DNA from: Mantamonas sphyraenae STR306
Lineage: Eukaryota; Protista; CRuMs
Length of the DNA stretch: 64,000 bases
Direction of reading: 5' to 3'
Assembly (NCBI GenBank): GCA_026936335.1
Contig: JAPMXV010000071.1
Span: forward strand, 62,001 to 126,000
The translations under genes and the position numbers were made by a program. Positions 10,444 through 23,300 of this stretch are shown piece after piece (within the stretch, counting starts at the first letter, position 1; every line of letters begins with the position of its first letter). The notes under the pieces are model-generated. The model searched no databases, was not told the DNA's origin, and saw only the letters and a list, made by a program, of their open reading frames with translations.

Positions 10444-11725
10444 CTACAGCCGGAAACCAAATGTCACCTGATGTGCAACCATCATATAGTGGCATCGCGC
10501 ATAGGCTGCAACGTTCACACTGACACACACGAGCAACGCAACGGGGCTTTGCGACATGTCCCAAATCCACTGACCCACGGCTGGCAATGCTGCAAATGCG
10601 ACAAAGGGGGGCACAAGGATGCCTGGCCGCATGTTGGACGACCTAAACATCATCGCCATCAACGGTGCAGCGAGGACGAGACCCGTGCAGAACCATCGCA
10701 CTGCGTCGATGGCTACCACCGAGGCTCCAGTGAGATGCAGAATGACCCAGAGCCAGGAGAACATCGTGGAGAGTCCCACAAGCACCTCGGCCACAATGAA
10801 CCCACTGCGCATGGTGACCAGCGCGGCTGCAGAGTGGATTTCGTTGACAAGGGTTGGCGGTCCAAACAACAGCGCGAAAGCCAACGGGATGGTCAACAGG
10901 CCAGTCCAACCCAGAGAAGCGTCCAACGTCCCGTCGAGTTGCATCCCCAGCCACAACCACATCCACGCAGGCTGCGACAGGGACCAAAGCGGAGCTGTGG
11001 CGTGAACCCACCAGCGCACCGTAAACGGAGGCAGTAGCAGAAGCACAGACAGCTCCACGGCAGAAAACACCGCCATAGGAGACACCACAACTGTCCATGA
11101 CATGCTTTGTGTGGTCAATTGCACCCATGCCAGACACAAAGCCGCACCAAGGAACACGAGCGCCGTCCAGTGCTCCCTCTGTGCCATGACACGCACACCA
11201 CGCTCTTGGGCAGTCTCCCTGGAGTTCAAAGATTGTCTGGACTTCATCATATCCTCGAACGCTCTCTGTCGACACAGGCGCTGCTGCTGGAGAGCAGCAA
11301 GGCCAGCACGCCCACGCCCAAACTGCTCAAGAATAGCATCGGGAGAGAACTCCAGCTGTTGCTCCTGCGACAAGGTGGGCCACCCGTTTTGTAGACATAT
11401 GGCCTTCCACATCCGCCCTCCTTGGCCGAGAGGAGATCACGCGCGAGCGGAGGAGGGCGGACAGCAAGGTGCCCTTGCTCGTCTTGGCTGTGCGCAGCAG
11501 CTGCTCGATGCGATGCTCTGTCAGAGAAGGGTGTCCTACGGCGCTGTGCAGCTCTTTGCACGTCAGCGACAGCGCCGCCACGTCCTCCTCGTCCAGTTTG
11601 GCCGCAACGCGCAAGAAAACCTCCTCCGGAAGTGAAATCAGCGGGCAGCCATGATCCTCCTCCTCTTCCTCCTGCACCTCCTCGTGCTCCTCCACCTGCT
11701 CAATCAGCAATGGGACAGAGTCCAT
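10444..11725 (-). CDS. F-box plus multi-pass transmembrane protein (frame break near 11430)
   Basis: LISLPEEVFLRVAAKLDEEDVAALSLTCKEL (F-box) in one frame; WKAICL and several TM helices in the next frame. Confidence 0.6.
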
Positions 11726-11810
11726 CTCGATGGCACCCTTGTTGTGTGCAATTCCTTCTCCTTCGATGTTGATACAGCTGATTTTTTGTTGCCTTGCCTC
11801 GCGCTCCACA

Positions 11811-13633
11811 TCACCACAAATTCACCCTCTCCCAGTTATACTTTGTCAGAACTCCATATGTGGACGTAAAGTTGCCGCTGCAGCCCGAGATGGCCAGCGG
11901 CACATAGCGGTTGGCATCTGGGCTGAGTCGGGGCGCAAACGCAGGGGCACACGAGTCGACAAAGGTGTGTGCACACATGGGCCTAAAGATGAGTCCACTG
12001 TCGCGTCCCTTTTGCTCTCGTAGCCTGGATTTGGTGCGTCCGTTGCGGCATCGCCAGAGTTCGACGGTGGTATCCGCGGCATCGACGCCTGTGCCACGCT
12101 GGCAACAGCAGTTGTCTGTAAACTCGGTCCAGCTGGAGTAGCCAGCGTAATGGTGGGCGATCTGTTCCTGGCGTGCCTGCTCGGTTGTCACTGCGTTGCC
12201 CACGCTAAACGTGTACGTTTGGTTGGGGGACACCGCATCGCTGTACAGGATGCCCACCACACACAGGGCCAGCGACACAAAGGCCAACAGTCCCATGGCC
12301 AGGAAAAAGTTGCTGATGGTCTTGAGCGTAAACTCGTTGATGTTTCGGTCCACGTCCTTGGCCACCTTGCTTTGGGCTTCGTCCTGCTTGGCCACACGCA
12401 TTTCCTGGCGACGGCGGTCGTGTTCTGACATGCCGCGTGCCTGTTCCGCCTCTGCAGCGCGTCGCAGCATCTCGGCCTTTTTCTTCTGCCTGCGCTGGAA
12501 CACGACGCCGCCCAGCGTCATCACGAGCGGCAGTGCCACGTTGGCCATCAGCACATAGACAAACACGTCGTCGGGCACAGGGATGGAAAGGGCCAGCAGC
12601 AGAGAGAGAAGACAGCCCACTGTGATCAGGATGCCCGAGGCAGTGGCCATCATGTCCTGCGCGTTGGAGATGAAAGGCTGCGTGTACAGCGCAAACACCA
12701 GGAAGAGGCCGTGGATGACCAGACTCAGCGTGGCCAGGATCTGCGAGAACCGCACCAGGATGACAACACACACGACCACAGACAGCTTCTGCACCAGCAG
12801 CAGCAGCTTGTAGTATCGCCATTTTTTCTCAAACGCGGTGTACAGATTCTTTGCGCTGTTGCTGCTCAGTGCCAGGCGTTGGGACCACGCCTCTTCCTCC
12901 ACCTCACTCATGTCCACTGTGGAGGGCAGATGTACAGGCACCTGGCGAAGGTAGCGGGCATGCTTGGCAATCAGCCGGTTGTACAGGAGGGGCACGCCAA
13001 TCACAAAGGCCAGCACCATGATCAGGGAGGCAGGGAGGTAAAAGCGCTGCACATCAGCACATGACAAGGCCACATCGGACGCCAGTACCGACTTTGTGCC
13101 TCCGGGACACAGCTGTGTGGGCAGCTTGCACTCGTTTAGGTCCAGAAACGCACAGTCGGAGCACTCGTTGCGTCCGGCCGTGTATGTTCGCTCCGTGTTG
13201 TTGCCAGCCAGGGCGATGGGGAACGAGGTGCCGACGGGACACTCCAGATCCACGCATGCCCACACCGACGCCAGCGTGCTTGTCACGGGGATGTACACCG
13301 CCGTCAGCACAAACAGCACCAGCTTGATAAAGTTGGCCTGCAGCTTCTGCGAGATCTTGTCGAGCAGGTTGCGTCCACCTCGGGTCAGGCACAACACCAG
13401 GTACAGGAAGAAGAGGCCACCAATGCCAAGAAACACACGCCCAAACACGTCCCCCAAATCCTTGATGGTGTTGCTTGCGCCCGACACGTCCGCCAACCCT
13501 GCAGAGGCAAAAAGAGACGCGTCAATAATGTTCAGGGAGAGCAGACCAGCCAGGGTGAACACTGCAGAGATCAGCGTTGTGCGCAGCAACGAGAACACAC
13601 TCTTGCGCTCCACCACATGCTCCTTGACAACCA

Positions 13634-13664
<31 letters not shown>

Positions 13665-14349
13665 TCCTTCCTGTCCCTCGCCCTGCTTGCCGTCCTTGTA
13701 GTTTTTGTTGCCGTTCTTCTTGGGTAGCCGGTTGATGAAGTAGAAGATGGCGCTCACCGTCACGCCCGCCGCGCCGGCAATCAGCAGCGTCAACGTGGCG
13801 TCTGAAAAGGCGATGGACACCTCTGGCAGAAAGATGGCCACAATGCCGGCCAGCGTGGACGCAACAGTGCCCAGAGTGAAGAAATACCACACCACCGTCG
13901 TGGGTGGCCGGAAGGCAATGAGAGTCACAAACGTCATCAGCAGCGGGATGACAATCACCACAGCCACCCAGTGCATCCGATAGTCAAGGGTAGGGATGTT
14001 GGGGATGTTTACGTTCAGCTCGAGCGAAAAGAGAGACACCTGCGCAGGCTGGTGTCAGTGAAACGGCCCGCAAAACGGTTGTCGTCGAAAAGAGCAAAAA
14101 CCCCGCGTCGCCTCCGCGAGCCATGCCACTCCCTCTGCTGCTTCTCTCTTTCTCTCTTTCTCTCTCTCCCTCTGTCCATCTGCGCCTCAATCACACCACA
14201 CAACTGACCCACTGCGAATACTCCAGCCACACCTTGGGCCAGGGGACGTCAATCAGGTTGAGCATGCCAAAGAACTGGATGTGGCCCAGGATGATCTCGT
14301 TGAATGTGAGCAGGCTCTCAAAGAATGAGAGGGTGGGAACAAACAACAT
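11811..14349 (-). CDS. Multi-pass membrane protein with Cys-rich extracellular loops; intron ~14040-14207
   Basis: About 10 or more hydrophobic segments; QFFGMLNLIDVPWP; LYTAFEKKWRYYKLLLL and QPF motifs typical of protist TRP/GPCR-like TM domains. Confidence 0.75.
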
Positions 14350-14436
14350 GGTTTGTGTGCGGTCACCAATGTGGTTGGCAAAAAGTGAGGGATGCCTTGC
14401 TGGCAGCGCCGTCGCAGGCAAATCGAAAAGCCAACC

Positions 14437-15775
14437 ATGCACAAGCTGCGCATGGCCAAAACCATGATTGCCCAAAAGGTGGGCAAAGACAAGGGCAAAG
14501 TGATGACACAGGACTACGTGGAAATGGAGGACGCTCTGACGCAGCTGGCAGCGCTGTACGACGAGCTGGCAAAGCAGATCAAAAACAGCAACAACAACAC
14601 CAGCAAACTGACCAAGACGGGCTACAACATCGCCGCCACAATGGAAAAGTTTGCCGAACCCGAAATGTACCAGCACTTTGCCGTGTTCCCAAGCGTGCAG
14701 AGACACAACATGGATTTCATCAACGAGCTCGGTGAGCTGATGATCAACGTCATGGAGGAGGGCATCAAGGACGTGCAGTCGGAAATCAAGACTGCCAAAA
14801 CACTGCGCAAGACGGTGCAGAACGACAAGCTGGGCTACGACGCTCAGGTGAAGCTGGTCAACTCGTTGCGCGAGAAAAACAAGATGGAAAAGCTGCCCGA
14901 CGCAGAGACAAAGCTGGCCGCCCTGGACTCGTCTCTCGAGCAGAGCGAGCAGGCCTTTGTGTACATGATGATGTCACTGATCGAGTCGCACAACAAGACG
15001 TACGGCAGCATCATGCAGCAGTACTTTCTGGCCTACAAGGACCAGCTCAGAGAACACCTCACCCGCGTCGAGGCTGAAGTCGACTCCTTTGAGCCCATCA
15101 CCTTGTATGTGTGCACCCACGCAGCCCCAGCATGCCCTTCCTCCACACGCACGCACTTGGCCACACCACCACCCGCCTCTGTTTTCCATTAGCCCGCTGC
15201 ATGGCCGTCCCCCCCGCCCTGTGGGCAAGAGGGCTTTCGTTTTCGGCGGTGGGAAGGACGCGCTGACACGGCCACGTGCACACTGCCTGCACGCCCACAC
15301 ACCCACTGATGCACACCACCGCCTCGCACACAGCACAAACCTCTCTGTTTCCAAACTCTCAGGCTCCTCCTCCACAAGCAGCACAAGCAGCAACAGCGCA
15401 GACGACGACTCTGCGGCCGATGCCTACGCCGCTGCAGGCGCTGGAGCTGCCGCAGGCATGGCGGCTGGTGGCATGATGAGTCACAACAGCAACAGCAGCC
15501 TGGGTCCCACGTCCAGCATAGACACCAGCAGCGGCCAGGAAGCACCTCCGCCGCCCCCGGCTGCTCCTGCGCCCCCTCTGGACAACGGCAACAGTGGTGG
15601 CGACGTGTTTGTCACCGGTGCCTATGACTACGAAGGCGACGACGGTGACAGCCTGCCCTTCAAGGCTGGCGATCGCATCAAGGTGCTGGAAAAGAACGAG
15701 AGTGGCTGGTGGCTGGGCGAGCACGCCGAATCAGGCCAGCAGGGCTGGTTCCCGGGTACCTTTGTGGACGAATGA
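14437..15775 (+). CDS. BAR plus SH3 domain protein (endophilin/amphiphysin-like); intron ~15105-15333
   Basis: Helical BAR region (KLGYDAQVKLV..KLPDAETKL), Pro-rich linker, SH3 AYDYEG..LPFKAGDRIKVL..GWWLG..GWFPGTFV. Confidence 0.88.
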
Positions 15776-15852
15776 CATGCCCACTGTCTCTGGGTCTGTC
15801 AACAATGCAAAAGACTCCATTGCCTCTCCTCACTCCTCTTCTCACAGCTCGC

Positions 15853-16728
15853 TCACAGTTTGGCAAACAGCGGCGCCCTCTTCTCCATGCGCGCAAACAG
15901 CGCCTCAGAAATGTCAGTGGAGCTGACAAGACCTGCATTCCACAGAGCCACCTGTCGCAGTGCATCTCGTGTGCTGTGTTCCTTGCTGTAGTTGAGGTTG
16001 TGCTTGATGCCCACCATGGCCAGAGGGCTCTTGTTGGCAATGGTTTGTGCCACCTCCAGCACACGCTCGTCCATGGCACGCCTGTCTTGGAACACTTGAT
16101 TGACAAAGCCTGTGCGCACTGCCTCGCTGGCCTTGATGTTTCGGCCTGTGAAGCACCAGTCCCGCAACACGCAGTCGCTCACACCCAGTTTCACGATGCG
16201 TTGCAGCGTGCCCACGTCCGCCGTCAATCCGATGTCCACCTCTTTGATGCACATGTACGCGTCGTTGCTCATGTAGCGCAAGTCGGTGGCGCACAACAAG
16301 TCCACAGCGCCGCCAATGCACGCCCCGTGCACCTGAGCAATCACAGGCACTCTGCACTCGGCCACGCTTGTGATGCTCTCCTGCAACGACTCGATAAACC
16401 CGCGTGTGCGATACCGCAGCCGCGTTTTGTCCTCGTCGTCCTCGCTCTCCAGCTTTTCCTGCGCCCCCATCAAGAAATCCAGGTCGATTCCGCTGCAAAA
16501 GTGTTTCGACTCGCCCCCCGCAATGATGACCACCTGCACTTCTGCCGTCTCGTTCACCCAACGCATCACACGCGGCAGTTCCTCCCAAAACGCTGCGCAC
16601 ATCGCGTTGTACTTTGGCATCTCCAAGTCCAGCCGAAGCACGCCTGTGCTCGGCCACGACAGCTCCATTGTGCTGACACTGGGTGTGTCCGTCCCTCCCT
16701 TGCTTTGCGAGTCGGACGTCGTGCTCAT
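15853..16728 (-). CDS. ECH1: Peroxisomal delta(3,5)-delta(2,4)-dienoyl-CoA isomerase (ECH1-like)
   Basis: HFCSGIDL, VHGACIGGAVDL, KEVDIGLTADVGTLQR; PTS1 AKL. Confidence 0.88.
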   Translation of the reverse strand: MSTTSDSQSKGGTDTPSVSTMELSWPSTGVLRLDLEMPKYNAMCAAFWEELPRVMRWVNETAEVQVVIIAGGESKHFCSGIDLDFLMGAQEKLESEDDEDKTRLRYRTRGFIESLQESITSVAECRVPVIAQVHGACIGGAVDLLCATDLRYMSNDAYMCIKEVDIGLTADVGTLQRIVKLGVSDCVLRDWCFTGRNIKASEAVRTGFVNQVFQDRRAMDERVLEVAQTIANKSPLAMVGIKHNLNYSKEHSTRDALRQVALWNAGLVSSTDISEALFARMEKRAPLFAKL

Positions 16729-16888
16729 TGGGACAAACTGGACGTGTGTGGTTCCGTTCAAGTGTCGCCGCTGGCGCTGTTTCAGCGCTGTATTTTGAAT
16801 TGAATCCCCTCTGCACACACCTCACGTTGTCACATGCGCCCAAACACACTCTTCCTGTGCCTGGCACACACACATGCTTCAAAGCAAC

Positions 16889-17158
16889 TCAGGCGGTCGC
16901 GTTTTCAAGGTCCTCGATCGTGCGCAGCAAGTGCTGAATCCGGTAGGCCTGCTTGGCGATCTTTTCGCGCAGCTTGGCGTTCTCTTCTTCCAGTGCGTCA
17001 CGTTCAGCCACCACTGCGTTGGCTGCGCGTTTGTCCTTGCCCACATTCAGCTGCAGGGCACGGAGGGCTTCAAGAAATTCCATCTTGGTCGCATTCACCG
17101 CCTCCTGCACCTCCACGCTGTTGCTGTTGCTGTTGCTGCTGCTGCTACTGCTGCTCAT
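16889..17158 (-). CDS. Small coiled-coil protein (~89 aa)
   Basis: Heptad pattern ERDALEEENAKLREKIAKQAYRIQHLLRTIEDLE. Confidence 0.7.
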   Translation of the reverse strand: MSSSSSSSNSNSNSVEVQEAVNATKMEFLEALRALQLNVGKDKRAANAVVAERDALEEENAKLREKIAKQAYRIQHLLRTIEDLENATA

Positions 17159-17230
17159 TCTATGCAATTCGACTGTTTGACAAACAAAAGAACGATGGAC
17201 AAAGTTGCACTGGCTCCATTGCCGCTCCGC

Positions 17231-20162
17231 TCACCTGCCTCCTCGCTGTTTCCCCGCTCGTCCAGCTGCCTTGTTGCTGCTCTTGCTCTTTGCCTTGTGA
17301 CACAGCGGGCAAACGTAGTGCACAAAGTCTGTGTTGGGTCCGCCCGCACCGTCTTCTCCTGACCCGCCTGTGCTGCTGCTCGACCCTCCCATCTGCGAGC
17401 TACTGCGCTGCACCTGCTTGGCCTTTTGTGCTTCACCCATCATGTTGTTTACCAGACACGTTTCGTGGAACACGTGTCCGCAAAAGAATGGAATCAGAGT
17501 TTGCGTCGGCTTGCTGCTTGTCAGGCTGCCCGAACAGATCGAACACCGTGACTCGGTCATGTCCACCTTGACGGCCTGCTGCTGCCTGCGAAACAGACGT
17601 CGTGACAGGTTGACGCAATCGTGCTTGAGGACATCGTTGCACCCGTCGCGCAGAGACATTTGCAGGTGGTAATCGGCAATGATCTTCACCAGTTTGTCTC
17701 GCAGATGCTCAATGTGAAAGTTGTCTGGAATGCGCGCAATCAGCTTGATGGGGTCTACGTGTGCCCCGATGTGCTCCAGAAGTTCGCCCACATACTCTGG
17801 ATTCTTCATGCTGTGCTCAATCAGGTCCTCCCACAGGTCGTCGTCGCGCTGTTCAATCACAAAGTCAATGGCCACCTTGACGTCCCGAATCTTTTCCATA
17901 ATTAGCGTCAGTGCATCTTTGGTGTTTCCCATGCGCGCCAGAATGTACACCATCTCTGGGTACAGCTTGCGTTCCCGGCACTCGTGGTACGCACGCTCCA
18001 GCGGGTAGTAGTTGGACGACTTGAGGAAGCTGTCCAGCTTCTCGTAGTCGTACTCTGCATACAGTGCCACCTGCAGATGATGGAACTGCGATGCAATGTG
18101 GGGATCAACCACAAACAGCGCGTGCAAGTACTCGTGAAGCAGACGACGATTGCCCTCCAACTGGGCCACCACCTTGTCGATGGCCACCTTTTCCGTGTTG
18201 TGTACCAACAGGTGCACTGCCTTCTGTTCGTTGATCTCGATTAGCTGCATCACCTTGTCCTCCACAGCCGCAAAGAGGTCGTTCGCTGCAATCAAATCAA
18301 ACACATACGGCCGCTTCAGCTTCAGGTAGATGTGCAACGCCTTGTCTTGCTCCCCATTGTACTTGTACAGCTCCGCCAGCGCATCCAGCAGCACCGTCGA
18401 GTTTGTTTCCTGCTTCAACCGCCTGAGCACAAGTGCAATCACCTTGTCGATGCTGTACAGCTCGGGTGGCCAGTCACGCACCGTACTCTCAAACATCTCT
18501 GTGTCTTCTGTGGCCATGTATGTCATCACCATCTCGTACACGGCCGAACTCAGGCGCGGGTGGTCGATGGGCATCACCGGAATCACCGCCTGCAGCTGCT
18601 GCACCTTGGCAAACCAGTACACCCACTTTTCCCACAGTTCTGCGTCGTCCCGCAACACTTTGACACAGTTTTGTGCCGCCTCCTCATACATGCCTGCATT
18701 CACAAGCCAGGCCAGGTAGCGCTCGCCGATGTCCTTAAAGTTGTGCTTCTTCAGCTGCTTCTCGTTCTCTTGCGCCATGGCCAGCGCTTTTTCGTACTGC
18801 TCTCGCTCCAGCAGCCACGTGATCTTGTCGTCCAAGTCACGCGGACGTGCCACGACAAGGTCGTTGGGTGCCACCACATAGAACAGCGAGTCGGTGGGCA
18901 GGAAGCCCAGTGAGTAGTCGCCACAGTTGCACTGCTGGTAGCCCTTGATGGCCAGTGCGTCGTCACTGATCTCAAAGTTGGTGCGGTCCACAATGCGTAG
19001 ATCTGGCGGCAGCACTTGCGTCTGGCCATGTTCGTCCACCTCTTCGTTGTACGCAAGGATCACCAGGTTGGCACCGTACGGCGCAATCCCTGCCACAAAG
19101 TAGTCGGTTTGGAACATGGCCACGATTTCCACGTAGCGCGAAGGCAGGCCGCCGCCCTGCTGTGACTTTGGCTTCTCTTTGATCTGCCCAATCTTGACCG
19201 AGTCTGCCCACCCGATCAGCAGCATCGTGTCGCTCTCCCAACACAGGTTGCATGGGTATTGGTCAGCACGTGGCGAGTCTTCCGGCCTGTCGATGTATGT
19301 GATGCGCTGGTTTGTGGCAAGGTCGTAGATCTTCACGCCGAGCGGGTTGGCCCACGCAATGAGCGAGCCCCGCCACTTTACAGAGTACACCGGTCCCTCT
19401 CCTTGGTGCAGCACGTTGTCTTTGGACGAGAACCAGCCCTTCTGGTTGATGATCAGCTTCTCCTCCATGCCGCCAGTGGCAAACTGCCGGTTGTTCTTCT
19501 TGGCAAACTGAGGGTCCAGTGCCACACACTTGACCGGCCGTTCGTACATGTAGTTCAGAGTCTCTGGTTCATACAGGGCATTGATGACCACCGAGCCGTC
19601 GTTGCAGCACGACGCCACATACTCGCCCTTCGAGTCGATCGACAGGTCGTTCACCGTCGTCTGGTGGGGCGCAAACCGGATGATCTCGTTGCCGTCAAAG
19701 TCCATGACCAGCACACGTCCATTGTGTGTCCCGATGGCCTGCGCATGCAAGTGTGTAAGACTTTGTACACCTCGTGTTGTGCCTGCCACGCGCCGCGGCG
19801 GCGCACACGACGCGCTTCCGGCCCTCCCAAGCCGCAAAACTCACCAGGTACTTGCTGTGCACCTCAAACGCAGACGCCATATCCTGCTGGAACAGCGTCG
19901 CAATGTCGTTTCCCACACGTGAGTACTTCAGCAGCGGCTCCTGTGGTGTGTGTGCGCAAGCGTGAGCCAATTGTGCACGAGTTGAGTGCGATGTTCACGC
20001 AGCCTCGCCTGCCGCGCCGACGCGCCTCCTTCTGCGCACCTCTTCGTCCTCGTCCGACGACTCTCCTTCGTCCGAGTCGCTCTCCTCTCCGTCCAGCTCC
20101 TCCTCCTCCTCCTCTTCCTCTTTTGGATGTGCATGCTGCGGCTCGCCCGTCAACGTGCTCAT
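17231..20162 (-). CDS. VPS41: HOPS subunit VPS41 (WD40, clathrin repeat, RING-H2); introns ~19739-19845 and ~19942-20039
   Basis: Acidic N-terminus, EPLLKYSRVG, GTHNGRV, LHQGEGPV, WRGSLIAWAN, LLIGWADSVK, LYAEYD, FFCGHVFHETC. Confidence 0.95.
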
Positions 20163-20310
20163 GTCGCCAACTCGCTTTGTTGCTGGCACCCGCGCAGGTG
20201 GAGTCTTGTCGTCCATGTGGAAGAAACGAAAGTGACAGCTGTGTGGCGTGTTGAAGGAGAATGGAAGGTGGATGCATTGTTTTGCCCCTGCACACGAACA
20301 ATCCGGATGA

Positions 20311-23300
20311 TCACTCGTCCTCCAGTAATGGCCGATGAACCGTTTCCGACACTCGACGCTTCGCAACACGCACACGCCAGCCCTGTGAGGCATGATACCG
20401 CAGCTTGCGTACACCTACGATGAGTCCTTTGGAAGCTGTGGCCACCATGAGAGCGCAACCCACCGCAACCGTCACCACGACGACTGCAAGTGCAATCACA
20501 TCCACAGCCGCGGCGTCAAAGTGTGATCGAGACAATGTCACTGCCGTGCCAGTGACAAACACGGTCAGGAGCGTGAACAAGCTCAGGGTCTCCAACCGGT
20601 TGTCAAGGTCCCGCACAAATGGTTGTGTGCGTTGATGGTGCCAGATGGACACCAGCAGGGTGATGAACAGCACAATGAAGAACGATATTTGCGAGTAGAA
20701 TGGCACTGCGGTGACCAGAAGGGACACCACGACGCGGCGTGCCATGACCACCAGCTCGTACATCGCCTGTTCACGCCGATACGAACGATACAGAAATCCA
20801 AATGCCGTCTTTGCCCACGGTTCCTTCATCGAGCCAGTACGCCAAAGGTATGATAGGGCGACTGCGTCAAACGCAGGCAAACCAAGCCCCAGTGTGACGA
20901 TCAACACCCAGGCGACTGCCTGGACGCTGCCCAACGTCCCATCCGCGACCCCTGGCCCCGAGCACACAATGAAAGGATACTGGTTGAGATACCACCAGCC
21001 GTCTCTGACACCCGAACCTGTGTTTGCATCTGTGCATGTCAAAAAACTGAGCGCCTGAAGCAGAATCGGCCCGTAGGCCACGTGCAAGGTGAACAGCACC
21101 AGTCCAACCAATCTATGCTTTGGCTCTGTAGCCATTGTATCATTCAGAGCAACGGCAACAACAGCATCGTCCAGTTCGACCGCGCTCGCCTCCTCGTCAC
21201 TCTGCTGATCATCGTTGCGTCTGTTGGCCCACCACACGGCTGTCTTTCGCCACATCACGCTTGCAAACACGCCAATCACCATGAGTGGAACGATCAGCGT
21301 CGTGCTGGCCACAAATTCACCATTCCACCGCTCGGTGAAGCCCGGTGGAGCAACAAACAAGCACTGCAATGACGACACGCTCAGGTTCAGAGACGATGCA
21401 ACCTGTGTCACAAACTTCATCACGTTTCCAAGTGATTGATGAAACCCAGACGAGGTGCCTCCGTCGACAGTGTGCAGGGCGGTCGTCAACGAGATCGACG
21501 ATCGCTCAATCGTTGCCAGAATCTGCCAGAAGAACAGCACGATCTTCAGCGTGGCTGAATCGCCTCCCATGAACAGTTGTTTCGTGTTGACGACCCACAC
21601 AAACACTCCAAAGAACACAGTGACGAGGACAATCGTGAGGATGACTCCTCCGGCACTGGGGCAGGCCACACACACGCGCGCGGTCTTGTAGAAGCCCGTG
21701 TCACACTCTGTGCATAATCTGGAACCATTGCGGTAGCCTGGGGCACACGCTAGGCTAGATGCCATGCGGCCGACGCTGTTGTCCTGCTGCACCTCGACGC
21801 ACGCCTGCGACACGGGACAGGGCAACACAGCCAGAAACACAGTGTCGTCGTTGGGCTGCGTCACCACGCGGCATCCACGAATCGACCCTTGTGTGCAGCG
21901 GCATTCGGAAAACTCCTCTGGGCACAGCAAACACTGTTCGTCGTGGCCAAAGAACCTGTCTGCACACGCACACTGTTCCATCCAGTTGTCGGGATCGTAG
22001 AAGAAAAGCATGGACTCACCATCGCTTCGGACAAAGTTCTGGCACGACACATTGCCAAACAATCGCTGGCTGGCCGGATCGACGCGCATGAAGGAGGTGT
22101 CGCCAGAGGCCAGCCGCATGCTTGTGTTGGTCACATCCACATACCACAGCGACTTGCTTGCACGCATGGCTGACGGAAAACCTCCATGGATGGCGGTACT
22201 GTGCACATCGATGCGCTTCAGACGATCCAAACTGATCCACGACGCCATACTCCCCGTCAGCGCCGTGTTGTGCAGATCCAGCTGCTCCATCTGTGGCATC
22301 TGCACGTGTGTAATGTCACCTTCCATGCTTGGGTTGTTCGACAAATCGAGAATGTGCATGCTGGCCATGGAAGGCGGAAGGAGAATGTGCCCGATCGCGT
22401 TGTTTGGCAACAGAAGATGGCGCAGGGTATCCGGGATCTCTGTGAACAGATCGACGTTTCCCGCAATCTCGTTGTGGTCAAGACGCACGGTGGTGAGGAG
22501 AGTCAGGGCACTGAGACCCAATGGCATTGCCCGCAGCTGGTTCCGGGACAAGTCGAGCGTGTTCAGCCCGAGCATGGTACGCAGCGAGGGTGTCTGCTCC
22601 AGCCTGTTGAATGACAGATCCACCGCGTTCAGCGAGCTAGCTTCCACGAGCCCAGGCGGAAACACATCAAGCGAGCAGTTCGACGCAGAGAAGAAACGCA
22701 AGCCCGAAAGCGAAAACACCGCCGATGGCACACCTTTCAGTGGATTACCATCCACAGTCAGACTTGACAACGCTTGCAGCTGCCCCAAAGAGTCCGGAAG
22801 TGCTGAGAGCAGGTTGTCAGACACGTCCAGCACACTGAGCCGCCCCAGTCCTCCAATGTCCTCTGGAAGCGTCTCCAACGCATTGTTGCTCACGTCCAGA
22901 TGGTTCAGCATGTTGAGATTGACAATGGAAGGTGGAAGAGTGCGCAACTTGTTCGAGGCAGCCTCAAGCTGTTGCAGCGCCGTCAGCTGCCCGAATCCGG
23001 TCGGAAGCGACTGCAGCTTGTTTGATGACACCCGCAACACCGTTAGGTCCTTTGCGTTCACAATTGAGGCCGGGAGAGCAGAAAGATGGTTTCCGTTGGC
23101 CTCAAGCTGGTGCAACGACGACGGCAAGTCTGGCAACGAGGATAGCTCGTTGTTGGCAACCCTGAGGCTGCTCAAACGTGCACACATGTTCTGGGGGAGA
23201 TACTGCAGTCGGTTGCTGTCCAGGTAGACCGTGTTCAGATGACACATGGTTGCAAAGGATGCGGGTAGGCGAACCAACATGTTCTTGCTCGCTGTGAGCG

